Origin: an uncultured delta proteobacterium
Lineage (GTDB): Bacteria > Desulfobacterota > Desulfobacteria > Desulfobacterales > SG8-13
Reading direction: 5' to 3'
Length of the DNA: 64,000 bases
Assembly (NCBI GenBank): GCA_963779885.1
Contig: CAWAAN010000005.1
Coordinates: 20,554-84,553, forward strand
The notes under the pieces: generated by a model
Told to the model about the DNA's origin: nothing
Seen by the model: only the letters and a program-made list of their open reading frames with translations
The model's database searches: none
Shown: piece after piece, positions 38,422-48,309 of the stretch
Numbering within the stretch: the first letter of the stretch is position 1
Layout of the letters: every line of letters starts with the position of its first letter
Translations under genes and position numbers: made by a program

Positions 38422-39504
38422 ATGAAAACCTATCCCATCCCCATGGTCCCCGGACCGGTCAGTGTTTCCCGGGCCGTGCTCGAGGCCTTCGCGGGCAACT
38501 ACGGCTCCGCCGACATGGAGGCCGAGTTTTTCGATCTTTACGATCGCACGGCGGCCGGGTTGCAGCAGATCATGGCGACCGCCAATACGGTGGTCCTCCA
38601 GTCCGGAGAGGGCATGGTGGTCCTCTGGAGCGCCCTTAAAAACTGTCTGCTGCCCGGAGACCGCGTGCTCTCGATCGCCACCGGGCTGTTCGGCCACGGC
38701 ATTGCCGAAATGGCGGTTGTTCTCGGGGCCGAGGTGCGCAAAGTCAGCCTGCCCGATGACCGGACGATATCCGGCACGGGCGACATCGAAGAGGCGATTG
38801 CGGCGTTCAAGCCTAAAATGATCACGGCGGTGCATTGTGAAACGCCTTCGGGTACCCTCAATCCGCTGGCCGACCTCGGCCGCTTGAAAAAAGCGCACCG
38901 GGTGCCGCTGCTTTATGTCGATGCGGTCTCCAGCATCGGGGGGACACCGGTACTGACCGATGACTGGAATATCGACCTATGCCTGGGCGGTGCGCAGAAG
39001 TGTCTGAGCGCGCCGCCGGACATGGCGTTCCTATCGGTCAGCGAAGAGGCGTGGGCGGTTGTCGGGCAGGTCGGCTATAGCGGATACGATGCCTTGCAAC
39101 CCTTTCGTGAGGTTCAAAAAACCCACACGTTTCCCTACACGCCGAACTGGCACGGCCTGGCGGCGCTGCATGCCGGTGTGGAGTCGATTCTGGCCGAAGG
39201 ACCGGCGGCCGTTTTCGAGCGCCATGACCATGTGGCCGACATCTGCCGCCGCGGGCTCAATGAGATGGGACTGACACTTTTTCCCGCGCCCGGCGCCATC
39301 TCCTCGCCCACCGTGACGGCCGTCTATCTGCCGGCCTCAACCGTATGGGCCGATTTCGACAATGCATTACGGCGCCGGGGCCTCGTGGTGGGCGGCAGTT
39401 ACGGAAGTCTGGCAGGGAAAATTTTCCGGTTGGGCCACATGGGATCTCAAGCAGACGAGAGGCTGGTGCGTCAGGCGCTGGATGTCATTGCGGCGGTGCT
39501 GTGA
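38422..39504 (+). CDS. Class V PLP aminotransferase (alanine-glyoxylate/serine-pyruvate type)
   Basis: PGPVSV, VHCETPSG, VDAVSS, GAQKCL, FRLGHMG. Confidence 0.92.
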   Translation: MKTYPIPMVPGPVSVSRAVLEAFAGNYGSADMEAEFFDLYDRTAAGLQQIMATANTVVLQSGEGMVVLWSALKNCLLPGDRVLSIATGLFGHGIAEMAVVLGAEVRKVSLPDDRTISGTGDIEEAIAAFKPKMITAVHCETPSGTLNPLADLGRLKKAHRVPLLYVDAVSSIGGTPVLTDDWNIDLCLGGAQKCLSAPPDMAFLSVSEEAWAVVGQVGYSGYDALQPFREVQKTHTFPYTPNWHGLAALHAGVESILAEGPAAVFERHDHVADICRRGLNEMGLTLFPAPGAISSPTVTAVYLPASTVWADFDNALRRRGLVVGGSYGSLAGKIFRLGHMGSQADERLVRQALDVIAAVL

Positions 39505-39891
39505 GCGCCGACCTCTTTGCGCCCCGCGCTTTATCGGACAAAAAGCGTTTTCTGCTCTCCACCCATATAGGGTCTTTTTTCACCGGGTCTTACTTTCTAT
39601 CTGGGTTTTACGCCGGTTTTCAATTGCGGCCGACCTAAAGCACGCCCGGTCCAGCGCCCCGCTACTGCCGATTTGGCCCGCCGCGGACCGGAACCGACGA
39701 TCGGCATCCGGGGTTGTCCCCCCTGGCAACCGGATTATATTCTAACCGGTTAATTTTGTGGCCGAAACATCCGCCGGATGTCACAGGGCAGCTGCCGTGC
39801 CGATTTAGTTTTCGTCCATACATGGCCCTTTCCCGCAATTTCCTTAGCGGATGGGCACGATCAAAGTTCATGCACGCCGCAGGAAAAAGGC

Positions 39892-40743
39892 ATGACGCGA
39901 GCAACGATTGAAAAGGTTGATGTCAAAGGTCTTCCTTTAGAACCGACAGCATCCCGCAAGCCAGTCACTATCTTCGATCCGATCGGTCGCAGCGCCATTC
40001 GGCTGAACAACAACCTGGGCGCCATGGCCATATTTTTCACGCGGTCCTTCGTGCGGATCTTTCACTGGAAGCAGGTGCCGGAGATTTTGCACCAGATCTA
40101 CTTCATCGGGGCGCGGTCGACCACCATTGTCATGCTGGTCGGTCTGTTCACCGGGATGGTGATGGGGTTGCAGCTCTACCATGTGCTGATCGGTTTCGGT
40201 TCGGTGGGCGCCCTGGGCACGGCCGTGAGCCTGTCCCTGATCCGGGAACTGGGCCCGGTGCTGACCGCCATTATGATCACGGCCCGGGCCGGCTCGGCCA
40301 TGACGGCCGAGATCGGCATTCAGCGGATATCCGAGCAGATCGATGCCCTGCAAACCATGCGCATCGAGCCGCTCGGGTATCTGATCAGTCCCCGGATTGC
40401 GGCTGGTTTGATCAGTTTTCCGATCCTGACGGCATTTTTCGATCTGGTCGGCATTGCCGGCGGCTGGTTCAGCGGGTGTATACTGCTGGGCGTCAATTCC
40501 GGATCCTATTTTTACCGGGTGGTTTCGAGCACCCAGCTCGCGGACATCCGCGGCGGGTTTATCAAGGCGATCGTTTTCGCGGTGCTGGTCATTACCATCT
40601 GTTGCTTTCAAGGCTTCTTCACGCACCTGCGCTCCGACGGCCACGGCGCCAAGGGCGTGAGCCTGTCCACCACCTCGGCGGTCGTTCTTTCGTGTGTGAT
40701 GATTCTCGTGGCCGATTACGTCGTGACGTCCTTTATCTTATAG
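39892..40743 (+). CDS. mlaE: MlaE-family permease
   Basis: IRELGPVLTAIMITARAGSAMTAEIG, EQIDAL. Confidence 0.93.
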   Translation: MTRATIEKVDVKGLPLEPTASRKPVTIFDPIGRSAIRLNNNLGAMAIFFTRSFVRIFHWKQVPEILHQIYFIGARSTTIVMLVGLFTGMVMGLQLYHVLIGFGSVGALGTAVSLSLIRELGPVLTAIMITARAGSAMTAEIGIQRISEQIDALQTMRIEPLGYLISPRIAAGLISFPILTAFFDLVGIAGGWFSGCILLGVNSGSYFYRVVSSTQLADIRGGFIKAIVFAVLVITICCFQGFFTHLRSDGHGAKGVSLSTTSAVVLSCVMILVADYVVTSFIL

Positions 40744-40755
40744 GGAAACCCTCGC

Positions 40756-42012
40756 ATGAAGAAGCAGCCACTGATCGAGTTTGTGGACGTCAGCAAGGGC
40801 TTTGACGGGAAAAAGGTCCTCGACCGGATGAGCCTCAAAATTTTCGAAGGTGAGGTCAGCACCTTGATCGGGTTGAGCGGCAGCGGAAAAAGCGTCACGT
40901 TGAAGCACATCGTCGGCCTGCTGAAGCCCGACACCGGCCGGATCTTTTACCGCGGAACGCCCATCGACCAAATGAGCAAAAAGCAGTGGGACACAACGCT
41001 TGCGCGAATCAGCTACATGTTTCAGAACAACGCCCTTTTCGATTCCATGACGGTCTTTGACAACATCGCCCTGCCGCTGCGCCGGACCACAGCGCTTAAC
41101 CGCAAAGAGATCCGCGAAAAAGTCATGGCCCGCATCGAGCAGACCGAACTGACCGACGTGGCTCACCGGTATCCGGCGGAATTATCGGGGGGCATGAAGA
41201 AACGCACGGCCTTGGCGCGCGCCCTGGTCACTGACCCCCAGATCGTCCTGTTCGACGAGCCGACCACTGGGCAGGACCCGATCCGCAGAAACGCCATCCT
41301 GGGAATGGTGGCCCAGTATCAGAAAAAATTCGGTTTTACGGCGGTTCTGATAAGCCACGACATACCGGACGTATTTTTCATCTCCAACCGTCTCCTGGCC
41401 CTGCATGATAAAAAAATAGTGTTCGAAGGCACGCCGGAAGAATTTGAAACCTTCGAGCACCCCTTCATGAACGAACTCGTTCGCAGCCTCGAAAAGCTTC
41501 AGGAGGAGCTGACCGGTCTCTACTCCCGGCGCCAGTTCAAGATCCGCTATCAGACCGATCTGGTCAAGCGCCATGCGGATGGCTCCTACGTCGTCGCGCT
41601 TTTCAAACTCGCGGACATGGACAGGATCGTCGAGAAGATAGGATTTAAAACCGCGCAGCAGATCATCCGGGCCATGGGGCAGTTCATCAACAAACACTTT
41701 GGCCTGGTGGGCGGCTTTTCCACCCGCCAGAGCATCGATGAATTTGCCTCGCTGCTGCCGTTTTCCAACCGCGCGGAAGCCGGACGTCTCATGCTCGATT
41801 TCACGCGCGACTTGCAGGAACACGGCATTGCCAGTTTGGAAGACACGATTCATAGGGCGGGTTGGCGACAGGCGTGCGTCGAGTTAACGGTTTTAGGCGG
41901 GCTGGCGTGCGGCCAGCCCCAGGTGGAACTCGAGTCGATCATTGAATTCGCCCGCTTCGATCTCAGGCCGATAGCGCGGCTTTCTTGCGAAAGGGGGGCA
42001 GGCCCGACATGA
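40756..42012 (+). CDS. mlaF: MlaF-family ABC ATPase with C-terminal degenerate GGDEF-like domain
   Basis: GLSGSGKS, ELSGGMKKR, FDEPTTG; tail LTGLYSRRQF...RQSIDEFASLLP. Confidence 0.85.
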   Translation: MKKQPLIEFVDVSKGFDGKKVLDRMSLKIFEGEVSTLIGLSGSGKSVTLKHIVGLLKPDTGRIFYRGTPIDQMSKKQWDTTLARISYMFQNNALFDSMTVFDNIALPLRRTTALNRKEIREKVMARIEQTELTDVAHRYPAELSGGMKKRTALARALVTDPQIVLFDEPTTGQDPIRRNAILGMVAQYQKKFGFTAVLISHDIPDVFFISNRLLALHDKKIVFEGTPEEFETFEHPFMNELVRSLEKLQEELTGLYSRRQFKIRYQTDLVKRHADGSYVVALFKLADMDRIVEKIGFKTAQQIIRAMGQFINKHFGLVGGFSTRQSIDEFASLLPFSNRAEAGRLMLDFTRDLQEHGIASLEDTIHRAGWRQACVELTVLGGLACGQPQVELESIIEFARFDLRPIARLSCERGAGPT

Positions 42013-42461
42013 AAAAGTATTCGAAGGAAACGGTGGTGGGCATCTTCGTTATGGCCGGGCTGGCCGCCATGGCCTATATGACGGTCAAACTCGGGGACGT
42101 GAGCCTACCGGGAGGCGACGACTACCTGCTGAAGGCCCGGTTCAGCCGGGTTACCGGGCTGAAGGAAGGCAATCCGGTCAATATGCTGGGCCTGGAGATC
42201 GGCCGGGTGACGAATTTTAAAATGGTTCAGGATGAACAGGCCGTCATCGTGGAAATGAGGATCGACAAGGGCATAAAAATCTATGACGATGCCCTGGCCG
42301 CCATTAAAACCGAAGGCCTGATCGGCGATCGATATCTGGACATCTCCCCCGGCGGGGCCGGCGACATCCTGAACCCCGGCGCCACCATCACCGCGACCCA
42401 GTCCCCGACCGATCTGAGCGAATTGATCGGCAAATACGCCTTTGGTGACGTGAAGAAGTGA
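42009..42461 (+). CDS. mlaD: MlaD (MCE) protein
   Basis: ETVVGIFV, GLEIGRV, IKTEGLIGDRY; ATGA overlap with mlaF. Confidence 0.93.
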   Translation: MKKYSKETVVGIFVMAGLAAMAYMTVKLGDVSLPGGDDYLLKARFSRVTGLKEGNPVNMLGLEIGRVTNFKMVQDEQAVIVEMRIDKGIKIYDDALAAIKTEGLIGDRYLDISPGGAGDILNPGATITATQSPTDLSELIGKYAFGDVKK

Positions 42462-42489
42462 ATTCTTCCAAACAAAAGGAGGCGCCCTT

Positions 42490-43077
42490 ATGATCAGAAC
42501 GACCGCAGCAATGATAGTGGCCCTGGGCATCTGGGCCGCGATGAGCGCTTTGGCCGAGGAGCCGCTGAAGATTATCGAAACCCGCGTCGATCGGATCGTC
42601 AAGATTCTGGGGGACAAGAGCCTCGCCGAGGAAGACAGGGTCGGAAAGCTCGAAGCGGCGGCCGATGAAACCTTCGACTACGGTTATCTTTCGAGAATGA
42701 CCCTCGGCCGCAACTGGCTGAATCTCGACGAGAACCAGCGCAGCGAATTCGTCGGGCTCTACCGCCGGTTGCTGGAAAAAAACTACATGGGCCAGTTGTT
42801 GAAGTACACCAACGAAAAGGTCGTGTTCGGGCGGCAGGCCATGCTCGCCGAAAACAAGGCCGAGGTGAAGAGCAATGTGGTCTCCAGTGACAAAACGATT
42901 CCGATCACCTACCGGCTGATTCGGCGAGATGGTGATTGGAAAGTATATGATCTCGTTATCGAAGGCGTCAGCCTGGTCGGCAACTACCGGACGCAGTTCA
43001 GCGATATCCTGAGCCGGCAGACACCTGCTGAAATGCTGTCGATTTTGAAAAAGAAGGTTGAAGAAAAAAGTGGTTAG
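42490..43077 (+). CDS. mlaC: MlaC periplasmic lipid shuttle
   Basis: Signal peptide, LGRNW, WKVYDLVIEGVSLVGNYRTQF. Confidence 0.93.
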   Translation: MIRTTAAMIVALGIWAAMSALAEEPLKIIETRVDRIVKILGDKSLAEEDRVGKLEAAADETFDYGYLSRMTLGRNWLNLDENQRSEFVGLYRRLLEKNYMGQLLKYTNEKVVFGRQAMLAENKAEVKSNVVSSDKTIPITYRLIRRDGDWKVYDLVIEGVSLVGNYRTQFSDILSRQTPAEMLSILKKKVEEKSG

Positions 43078-43190
43078 AATTCGTTCCCGGACAGTAAATA
43101 ACTGTTGCAAATATGTGGGTTTGTCATTAAGGAGTCACTTCAAACCAGGGTGGGTGTACTTGCGAAAAAACTTTTCGAAGGGGAGGTGAA

Positions 43191-43577
43191 ATGGCTGAAA
43201 CGGTAAAGTTGTTGAAAAACATAGCTGACGACCTTAAAAACATGAGCAAAGAGATCAATGCGATTGCCGCACAGCTAGGAAAAGCGGCCAAGGCGCAATC
43301 GAAACCCGCGGCGAAAAGCAAGGCCGTAAAAAAAGCCGGTCCAGCGACGGCGCCCGTAAAATCGGCACCTAAAAAGGCGGCGAGATCATCGAAAGACGGC
43401 CCATCGATTGTGGCCGCCGTGCTCGATGTCATCCGTGGTGCCGAGGGCGGGATCGATCAGGCGGCTATTCTCCTGAAGACCGGCCTGGGTCGGCGGCAGG
43501 TTTCAAACGCCATCTTCAAGTTGAAAGTGCAGCAAAAAGTCAAGAACGTCGGCCGGGGGGTCTATGCGGTAGCGTGA
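43191..43577 (+). CDS. Small Lys/Ala-rich protein with C-terminal winged-helix-like region
   Basis: GGAGGTG RBS; coiled coil, KA-rich linker, KTGLGRRQVSNAIFKLK..GRGVY. Confidence 0.75.
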   Translation: MAETVKLLKNIADDLKNMSKEINAIAAQLGKAAKAQSKPAAKSKAVKKAGPATAPVKSAPKKAARSSKDGPSIVAAVLDVIRGAEGGIDQAAILLKTGLGRRQVSNAIFKLKVQQKVKNVGRGVYAVA

Positions 43578-43599
43578 TTCCGCGCGGCATTCTGCCGTT

Positions 43600-43632
43600 C
43601 AGGGGCACGGCCTTACCGGGTCCCTGCCCCTG
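43600..43632. terminator. Hairpin between convergent genes
   Basis: CAGGGGCA / TGCCCCTG stem followed by CTTTATTT. Confidence 0.55.
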
Positions 43633-43634
43633 CT

Positions 43635-45665
43635 TTATTTGAGAAAGTTTTTCAGCAGGCCCTTGGCCGTATCCTCGTACTTTTTAAGCCCCTTCTTTTG
43701 GATGTATTCTTGGGCGCGATCGGACTCGAGCAGCTTTTCCTGGATCTGCTGCTTGGCCATCGATTCTAAATCCGGCATGAATTTCGGATTGGAAAATGTG
43801 CCGCTGATCAGCACCGGGACCGTCACCTTCGAATATTCCTTCTGGTCGTCCTGCTGCCGTCCGAGCTTTCGGACCACTTTTGGTTCGATGCGTAAATCCA
43901 GTTTTTCGTTGACCAGATCGGCTTTTCCGACGACCAATGCATCCAGAACGTGTGATTGCAGACGAGTCTGATCGGTGCTGACGACGCCGTTGGTTATCGC
44001 AAAGGGCACCACCAGTTCGGTGAATTCCGTGCCCGAGCCGCTCAGATTCAGTTCACCCTTTCCGAAGGCGGCCCGTATGTTTTGAATCATCGCGATCAGA
44101 TCGATGCCCTTGATCTCTCCATCGGCGAAGCGCAGGTCGCCGCTGCCAGTAAGGGTTTTTTTGATGGTTCCGGCGTCATCGCCGCTGAAGGAGAGGTTGG
44201 CGGTGGCATTGGCCAGACCTTTTAGAAAATCCTTGTCAATCTGGTCTTTGAGCAGCGGCGCGGCCTGAACGTTTTTGAGCTGGAACTTCACCGTGCCGCG
44301 CGGGGTATTCTGGCTGACGTTGATATTGCCGTTTAGATCGAGATTGCCGCCGTACAGATCGAACCGCAGCGGTTCGGCCCGCAAGACACCGTTCAGTGCG
44401 CCGAGGTGCAGGAAAAAATTGCCGAGTTTGGCCTTGTTGACGATGACCTCACCGGCCTTGAGTTGGCCGTCCAAGACCAGTCGGCGCAGGGCGGCATAAT
44501 CCGTTTTTGGGGTGTCGGCGGTTTTCTGCGCCGGTGGCGTGCCCGTGTAAGGACCATCTTCCGGCGCACCCGCCGCCGGGGAGGATTTTTTTGGGGTCTT
44601 GGGCGGCAGGTAGCGATCGAGGTCGATGCGGTCCATGTTCACCTCGAAGGCGACATCGGGCCGTGAGAATTGGGCGATGCGGGCGTTAAAATCGATCCGG
44701 GTGTCATCGATGGTCATCGTTCCCTTGGAAAGCGAAATTTTATCGGCCCCGCCGGCAACGGCGGCCTGCAGCGACATTTTGGTCAACGCCGCCGGATCGG
44801 CGGTTTCAATCACGTCCGGCCGCCCCAACTGCGCCAGCAGTTTGCGGGGAGAAAACTCGGCGATGGCGACCGTCAGGTCGGCGCGGGGAGTATCGGTCGC
44901 CGATAGGATGCGGCCCTTTACCGCCAGGGCCAATTCCGAAACGGCCTTGATCTCCAGGTCCAGCGAAATGGGGTCTTTGCCCGGCTGCCGGCCCACCGGG
45001 CCGATGGAGCCGTTAACCGCCAGTGGCTGGTCGTCCATGCGGGCGGAGAGCGTCAGCTTGATCGGCCGGTCAAAGGAGAGATCCGTTACCTTCACATCGA
45101 GGTTTTCGATGGTGTTGCGCGTATCTGAAGCCTTGTCGATCCAGACGACCGAGCCGTTGGAGACGGAAAAGTCGCCGACCGTCAGCGAGCGGATCGGCAA
45201 TTCCCCTGCGGACTTTTCGGTGGCGGGCGGGGGGGGACCGGGAGGTGTCGATTTTACGGAATTTTGGGAGTTGAACTCCCAGTTGCCGCGCCCCTGCTTA
45301 TTTTTGATCAGGGTGATTTGCGGTTCGTTCACAACCAAGCGCTTGACCTGCACATCCCGCGCGAGCAACGGCCATACTTTGACCCGCACATCGAAAGATT
45401 TAATGGCGACAAAATCCCGGGCTTCGAATTCGGGCGGATTTCCCAAGTGAAGATCGGCGAAGGAGACTCCCACGAAGGGAAAAAAAGATAACTGAACATC
45501 TCCCCGGACCTCAAAAGGTCGCCCGGTCATTTCGCTCACCTTTTTTTCAAGCAGGGGTTTGTATTTTTGAACGTCGACGAAAAAAGGCACAACGAGAAGG
45601 ATTAGAATGACCAGGGCCACGACGCCGCCCAGTGTTATCAGCGTCCATTTCAGCAGATTTTTCAT
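43635..45665 (-). CDS. asmA: AsmA family protein
   Basis: N-terminal TM, TGRPFEVRGDVQLSFFP, IDLDRYLPP, VPVLISGTFSNP. Confidence 0.9.
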   Translation of the reverse strand: MKNLLKWTLITLGGVVALVILILLVVPFFVDVQKYKPLLEKKVSEMTGRPFEVRGDVQLSFFPFVGVSFADLHLGNPPEFEARDFVAIKSFDVRVKVWPLLARDVQVKRLVVNEPQITLIKNKQGRGNWEFNSQNSVKSTPPGPPPPATEKSAGELPIRSLTVGDFSVSNGSVVWIDKASDTRNTIENLDVKVTDLSFDRPIKLTLSARMDDQPLAVNGSIGPVGRQPGKDPISLDLEIKAVSELALAVKGRILSATDTPRADLTVAIAEFSPRKLLAQLGRPDVIETADPAALTKMSLQAAVAGGADKISLSKGTMTIDDTRIDFNARIAQFSRPDVAFEVNMDRIDLDRYLPPKTPKKSSPAAGAPEDGPYTGTPPAQKTADTPKTDYAALRRLVLDGQLKAGEVIVNKAKLGNFFLHLGALNGVLRAEPLRFDLYGGNLDLNGNINVSQNTPRGTVKFQLKNVQAAPLLKDQIDKDFLKGLANATANLSFSGDDAGTIKKTLTGSGDLRFADGEIKGIDLIAMIQNIRAAFGKGELNLSGSGTEFTELVVPFAITNGVVSTDQTRLQSHVLDALVVGKADLVNEKLDLRIEPKVVRKLGRQQDDQKEYSKVTVPVLISGTFSNPKFMPDLESMAKQQIQEKLLESDRAQEYIQKKGLKKYEDTAKGLLKNFLK

Positions 45666-45715
45666 GCCATCTCCTTTTAATCCGGGTCAAGAGGCCACCC
45701 CGTTGTATCCGTTTT

Positions 45716-46570
45716 TCAGCGGGACATCGGTGGGCGGTGTTTTTTTTCGGCGGCGATACAGGCGGCCACATGTTTGGCGAAAGCAGGGGCGATTGTCCGC
45801 AGCACCGGGTGCTCGACCGATGCGAGCCGCAGGCGGCCGATCGAACCGATTGGCAGGACATCGATGGTCGTTCCGGTGATGAAGGCGGCCTGTAAAAGGT
45901 CAAGATCATTTTTGTGCAACATCTTTTCCCGCACGTCGATGCCGAGTGTTTCGCAAAGGGCCAGGACGTGCTGGCGGGTTACGCCCAGCAGCACGGCGCC
46001 GGAAGGCGGCGTGAACAGCTGGTTGTCGATCAGGTAAAACAAGTTTGACCGGGAGCCTTCGGAAATAAACCCCTCCCCGTCCACCAGCAGGGCCTCATAC
46101 GCCCCGGCGGCTTCCCGGACGGTCCGGACCCGCTCGCGATAGGAGGTCTTGACGGCCTTTGCCTGGGGATTTTGGCGTTCACCCTCATAAAGGATCGTAT
46201 GAACCCCATCGCGGTAGGCGCCGGCCGCGGGTAAATCCTGCTGAACGAAATAGGTGAGAAACAGTGGCTCACCGCCGTTGGCAGACCACACCAGTTTGAC
46301 GTTGACCTGGTCGGCGCGACGGTTTTTTTCCACCAGTTCACCGATTTCAGGCCGCACCCGTGCGGCCCGTTTTTCGATGCGGGTGCCCAGTAGTCGCGCC
46401 GATCGGCGCATGCGCGCCATGTGGTCGTCGAAAAAAAGGGGAACGCCTTCGAGCAGCTTGATGACTTCATAGACGCTGTTGCCGTCGATACGATCGAAAA
46501 CGGCCGTCTCGCAAGAAGGGTGCAGATCCCCATTAACAAAAATAAAATCGAATGCGGCGTCACAGCGCAC
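45716..46570 (-). CDS. Class IV PLP aminotransferase (IlvE/PabC-like)
   Basis: VYEVIK, EGSRSNLF, LLGVTR, AFITGT. Confidence 0.9.
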   Translation of the reverse strand: MRCDAAFDFIFVNGDLHPSCETAVFDRIDGNSVYEVIKLLEGVPLFFDDHMARMRRSARLLGTRIEKRAARVRPEIGELVEKNRRADQVNVKLVWSANGGEPLFLTYFVQQDLPAAGAYRDGVHTILYEGERQNPQAKAVKTSYRERVRTVREAAGAYEALLVDGEGFISEGSRSNLFYLIDNQLFTPPSGAVLLGVTRQHVLALCETLGIDVREKMLHKNDLDLLQAAFITGTTIDVLPIGSIGRLRLASVEHPVLRTIAPAFAKHVAACIAAEKKHRPPMSR

Positions 46571-46729
46571 TGGTTTTCACCTGTCCGGTCGGGAAAATGA
46601 GTCAGCATTATTTCCGGTAGTATTCGGGAATAAACCTTTTTAATTTAAATCCATTTTGAGGAAAGTCAAAATATCTCCTGAGGGTAACCCTTCACTGGGG
46701 TTGCAGAGTCCGATGCACTTCACCCCACC

Positions 46730-46908
46730 TAGTTTCCGTCCACAAATGGCCCTTTTTCGCAATCTCGGCGTCAATCGGCGGAATTGCTTGTGCGGCATAC
46801 AGAACCGTCTGCCTCCGCGCAATCCCTTGATTTCCTTGAACTTGCAAAAAATTGCTCATTTCTGGATCGGAAACTAATCAGTGCCTAAATAAGATCACGG
46901 ATGGGCAC
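46730..46908. repeat. Family B repeat: 147-bp TIR element (46730-46876) plus 29-bp unit (46880-46908)
   Basis: TAGTTTCCG..AAATG / CATTT..CGGAAACTA termini; the unit matches 26042-26070 in reverse. Confidence 0.8.
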
Positions 46909-46918
46909 CACCTAACCT

Positions 46919-47025
46919 TCAGCGTATACAGGGTGATGCAGAGGCAAGGCGTCGGGTGCACCGGCGTCCTGTTGGACGTAAATCGGCCCGACAACAACGC
47001 CGATGCGGGGCCCTGTGAACGCTGA
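46919..47025. repeat. 107-bp inverted-repeat element (family C)
   Basis: TCAGCGTATACAGGG / CCCTGTGAACGCTGA ends; nested stems GTCGGG/CCCGAC and CGTCC/GGACG. Confidence 0.65.
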
Positions 47026-47042
47026 CTGCTGAAGAGGGGAGG

Positions 47043-47432
47043 CTATCGGCGGGCCTTGGAATCGAAGGCCACCGCAAAACCTATTGGGGTGGAGCGCACG
47101 ACCCGACCCGTCAGCCGGATCGGGCGCTTGTCTGGCGCCGGGGAAATGGAGAGCCGGATTTTCTGGCCGACGGCCGGGGACGATGAGGTTTCGATGAACA
47201 CCCCTATCTTGCTGATGTCGCGGATGAAATCCTGGCGCAGGAGATTGTCGGCGTCATAGTCGACCCGGATCGTGCGCTTGTGCCTGAGCCCGGCTCGCGC
47301 ATGCTTGTACCGGCCGCCGTCCAGGTGCCGCAGCAAATCGATCTGCTGGGCGATGGTCATATCGCACACCAGGTCGATCAGGCGCGCCGTGATTCTGGTG
47401 TCATCGACAATGCGCTCTTTGCCAATTGGCAT
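47043..47432 (-). CDS. PilZ-domain protein
   Basis: RAGLR (RxxxR), DISKIG (DxSxxG), GRVVRS..GFAVAF. Confidence 0.88.
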   Translation of the reverse strand: MPIGKERIVDDTRITARLIDLVCDMTIAQQIDLLRHLDGGRYKHARAGLRHKRTIRVDYDADNLLRQDFIRDISKIGVFIETSSSPAVGQKIRLSISPAPDKRPIRLTGRVVRSTPIGFAVAFDSKARR

Positions 47433-47534
47433 CCGTTTACTTCCTTTTTGTGCCGCTTAGGGGTCCACGAAGAAATAAATTCGCAATTTCAGGTGGTGAG
47501 GCGCCCGGCCGGCAAGACGCGAAAATGATGGTTT

Positions 47535-48309
47535 TTATTGGCAGGGCGGCGGCTTCCGCAGCAACTCGATGAATGGCGGCGTCTGTTTCTCCTCGGCCAC
47601 TTGCAGCGCGGTTTTCCCCGTGGCGTTTTTGAGGGTCAGATCGGGGCAGGCGGCCAAAAGCGACCGCAGGACGTCTTCGTGACCGCATCTGACGGCCAGC
47701 ATCACCGCCGTACTGCCTTCCTTGTCGATGACGTTGACCTCGGAGCGGCTTTTAATCAGCAGGCGGGCGATGCGATCGTGGCCGTCAATGGTCGCAAACA
47801 TCAGTGCGGTGCGTCCCATATAGTCGCGCGGAGAGACATCCGCGCCGGATTGCAGCAGATCCTTCACAACGTCGTAATGGCCGTTTCCGGCAGCGAACAT
47901 CAAGGCCGTCGAGCCGTTTCGGCTGGCGGCGTTCACTTCGGCCTTTTGACGAATCAACGTGCGAACGATGTCATTGTGACCGAACTGTGCCGCCAGCATC
48001 AACGCCTGCCAGCCGGCATCACCCTTGGCGTTGACATCGGCGCCGCGGTCAATCAACAGCTGAGCGATCTTTGTGTGACCATTCATGGACGCCTGCATCA
48101 GGGCGGTCCATCCGGAGGCATTGCGACCGTCTGGATCGGCCCCGGATTCGAGCAGGCGCCGCACGTCATCCATCAGGCCCATTTCGGCGGCAGTGACCAG
48201 CGACTCCGACGGGTCGATCGCCGCCGCGGGGCCGGGCGACAGCACGGCAGCCCATATGAAGTAAATGAACGATGAATAAAAATGGCGTCAACCGATGACA
48301 GTTTCTCAT
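47535..48309 (-). CDS. Ankyrin repeat protein; apparent frameshift in the signal-peptide region
   Basis: Repeated G.TALM.A...GH motifs in 47535-48245. The RBS-supported ATG at 48309 is 1 nt out of frame. Confidence 0.8.
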
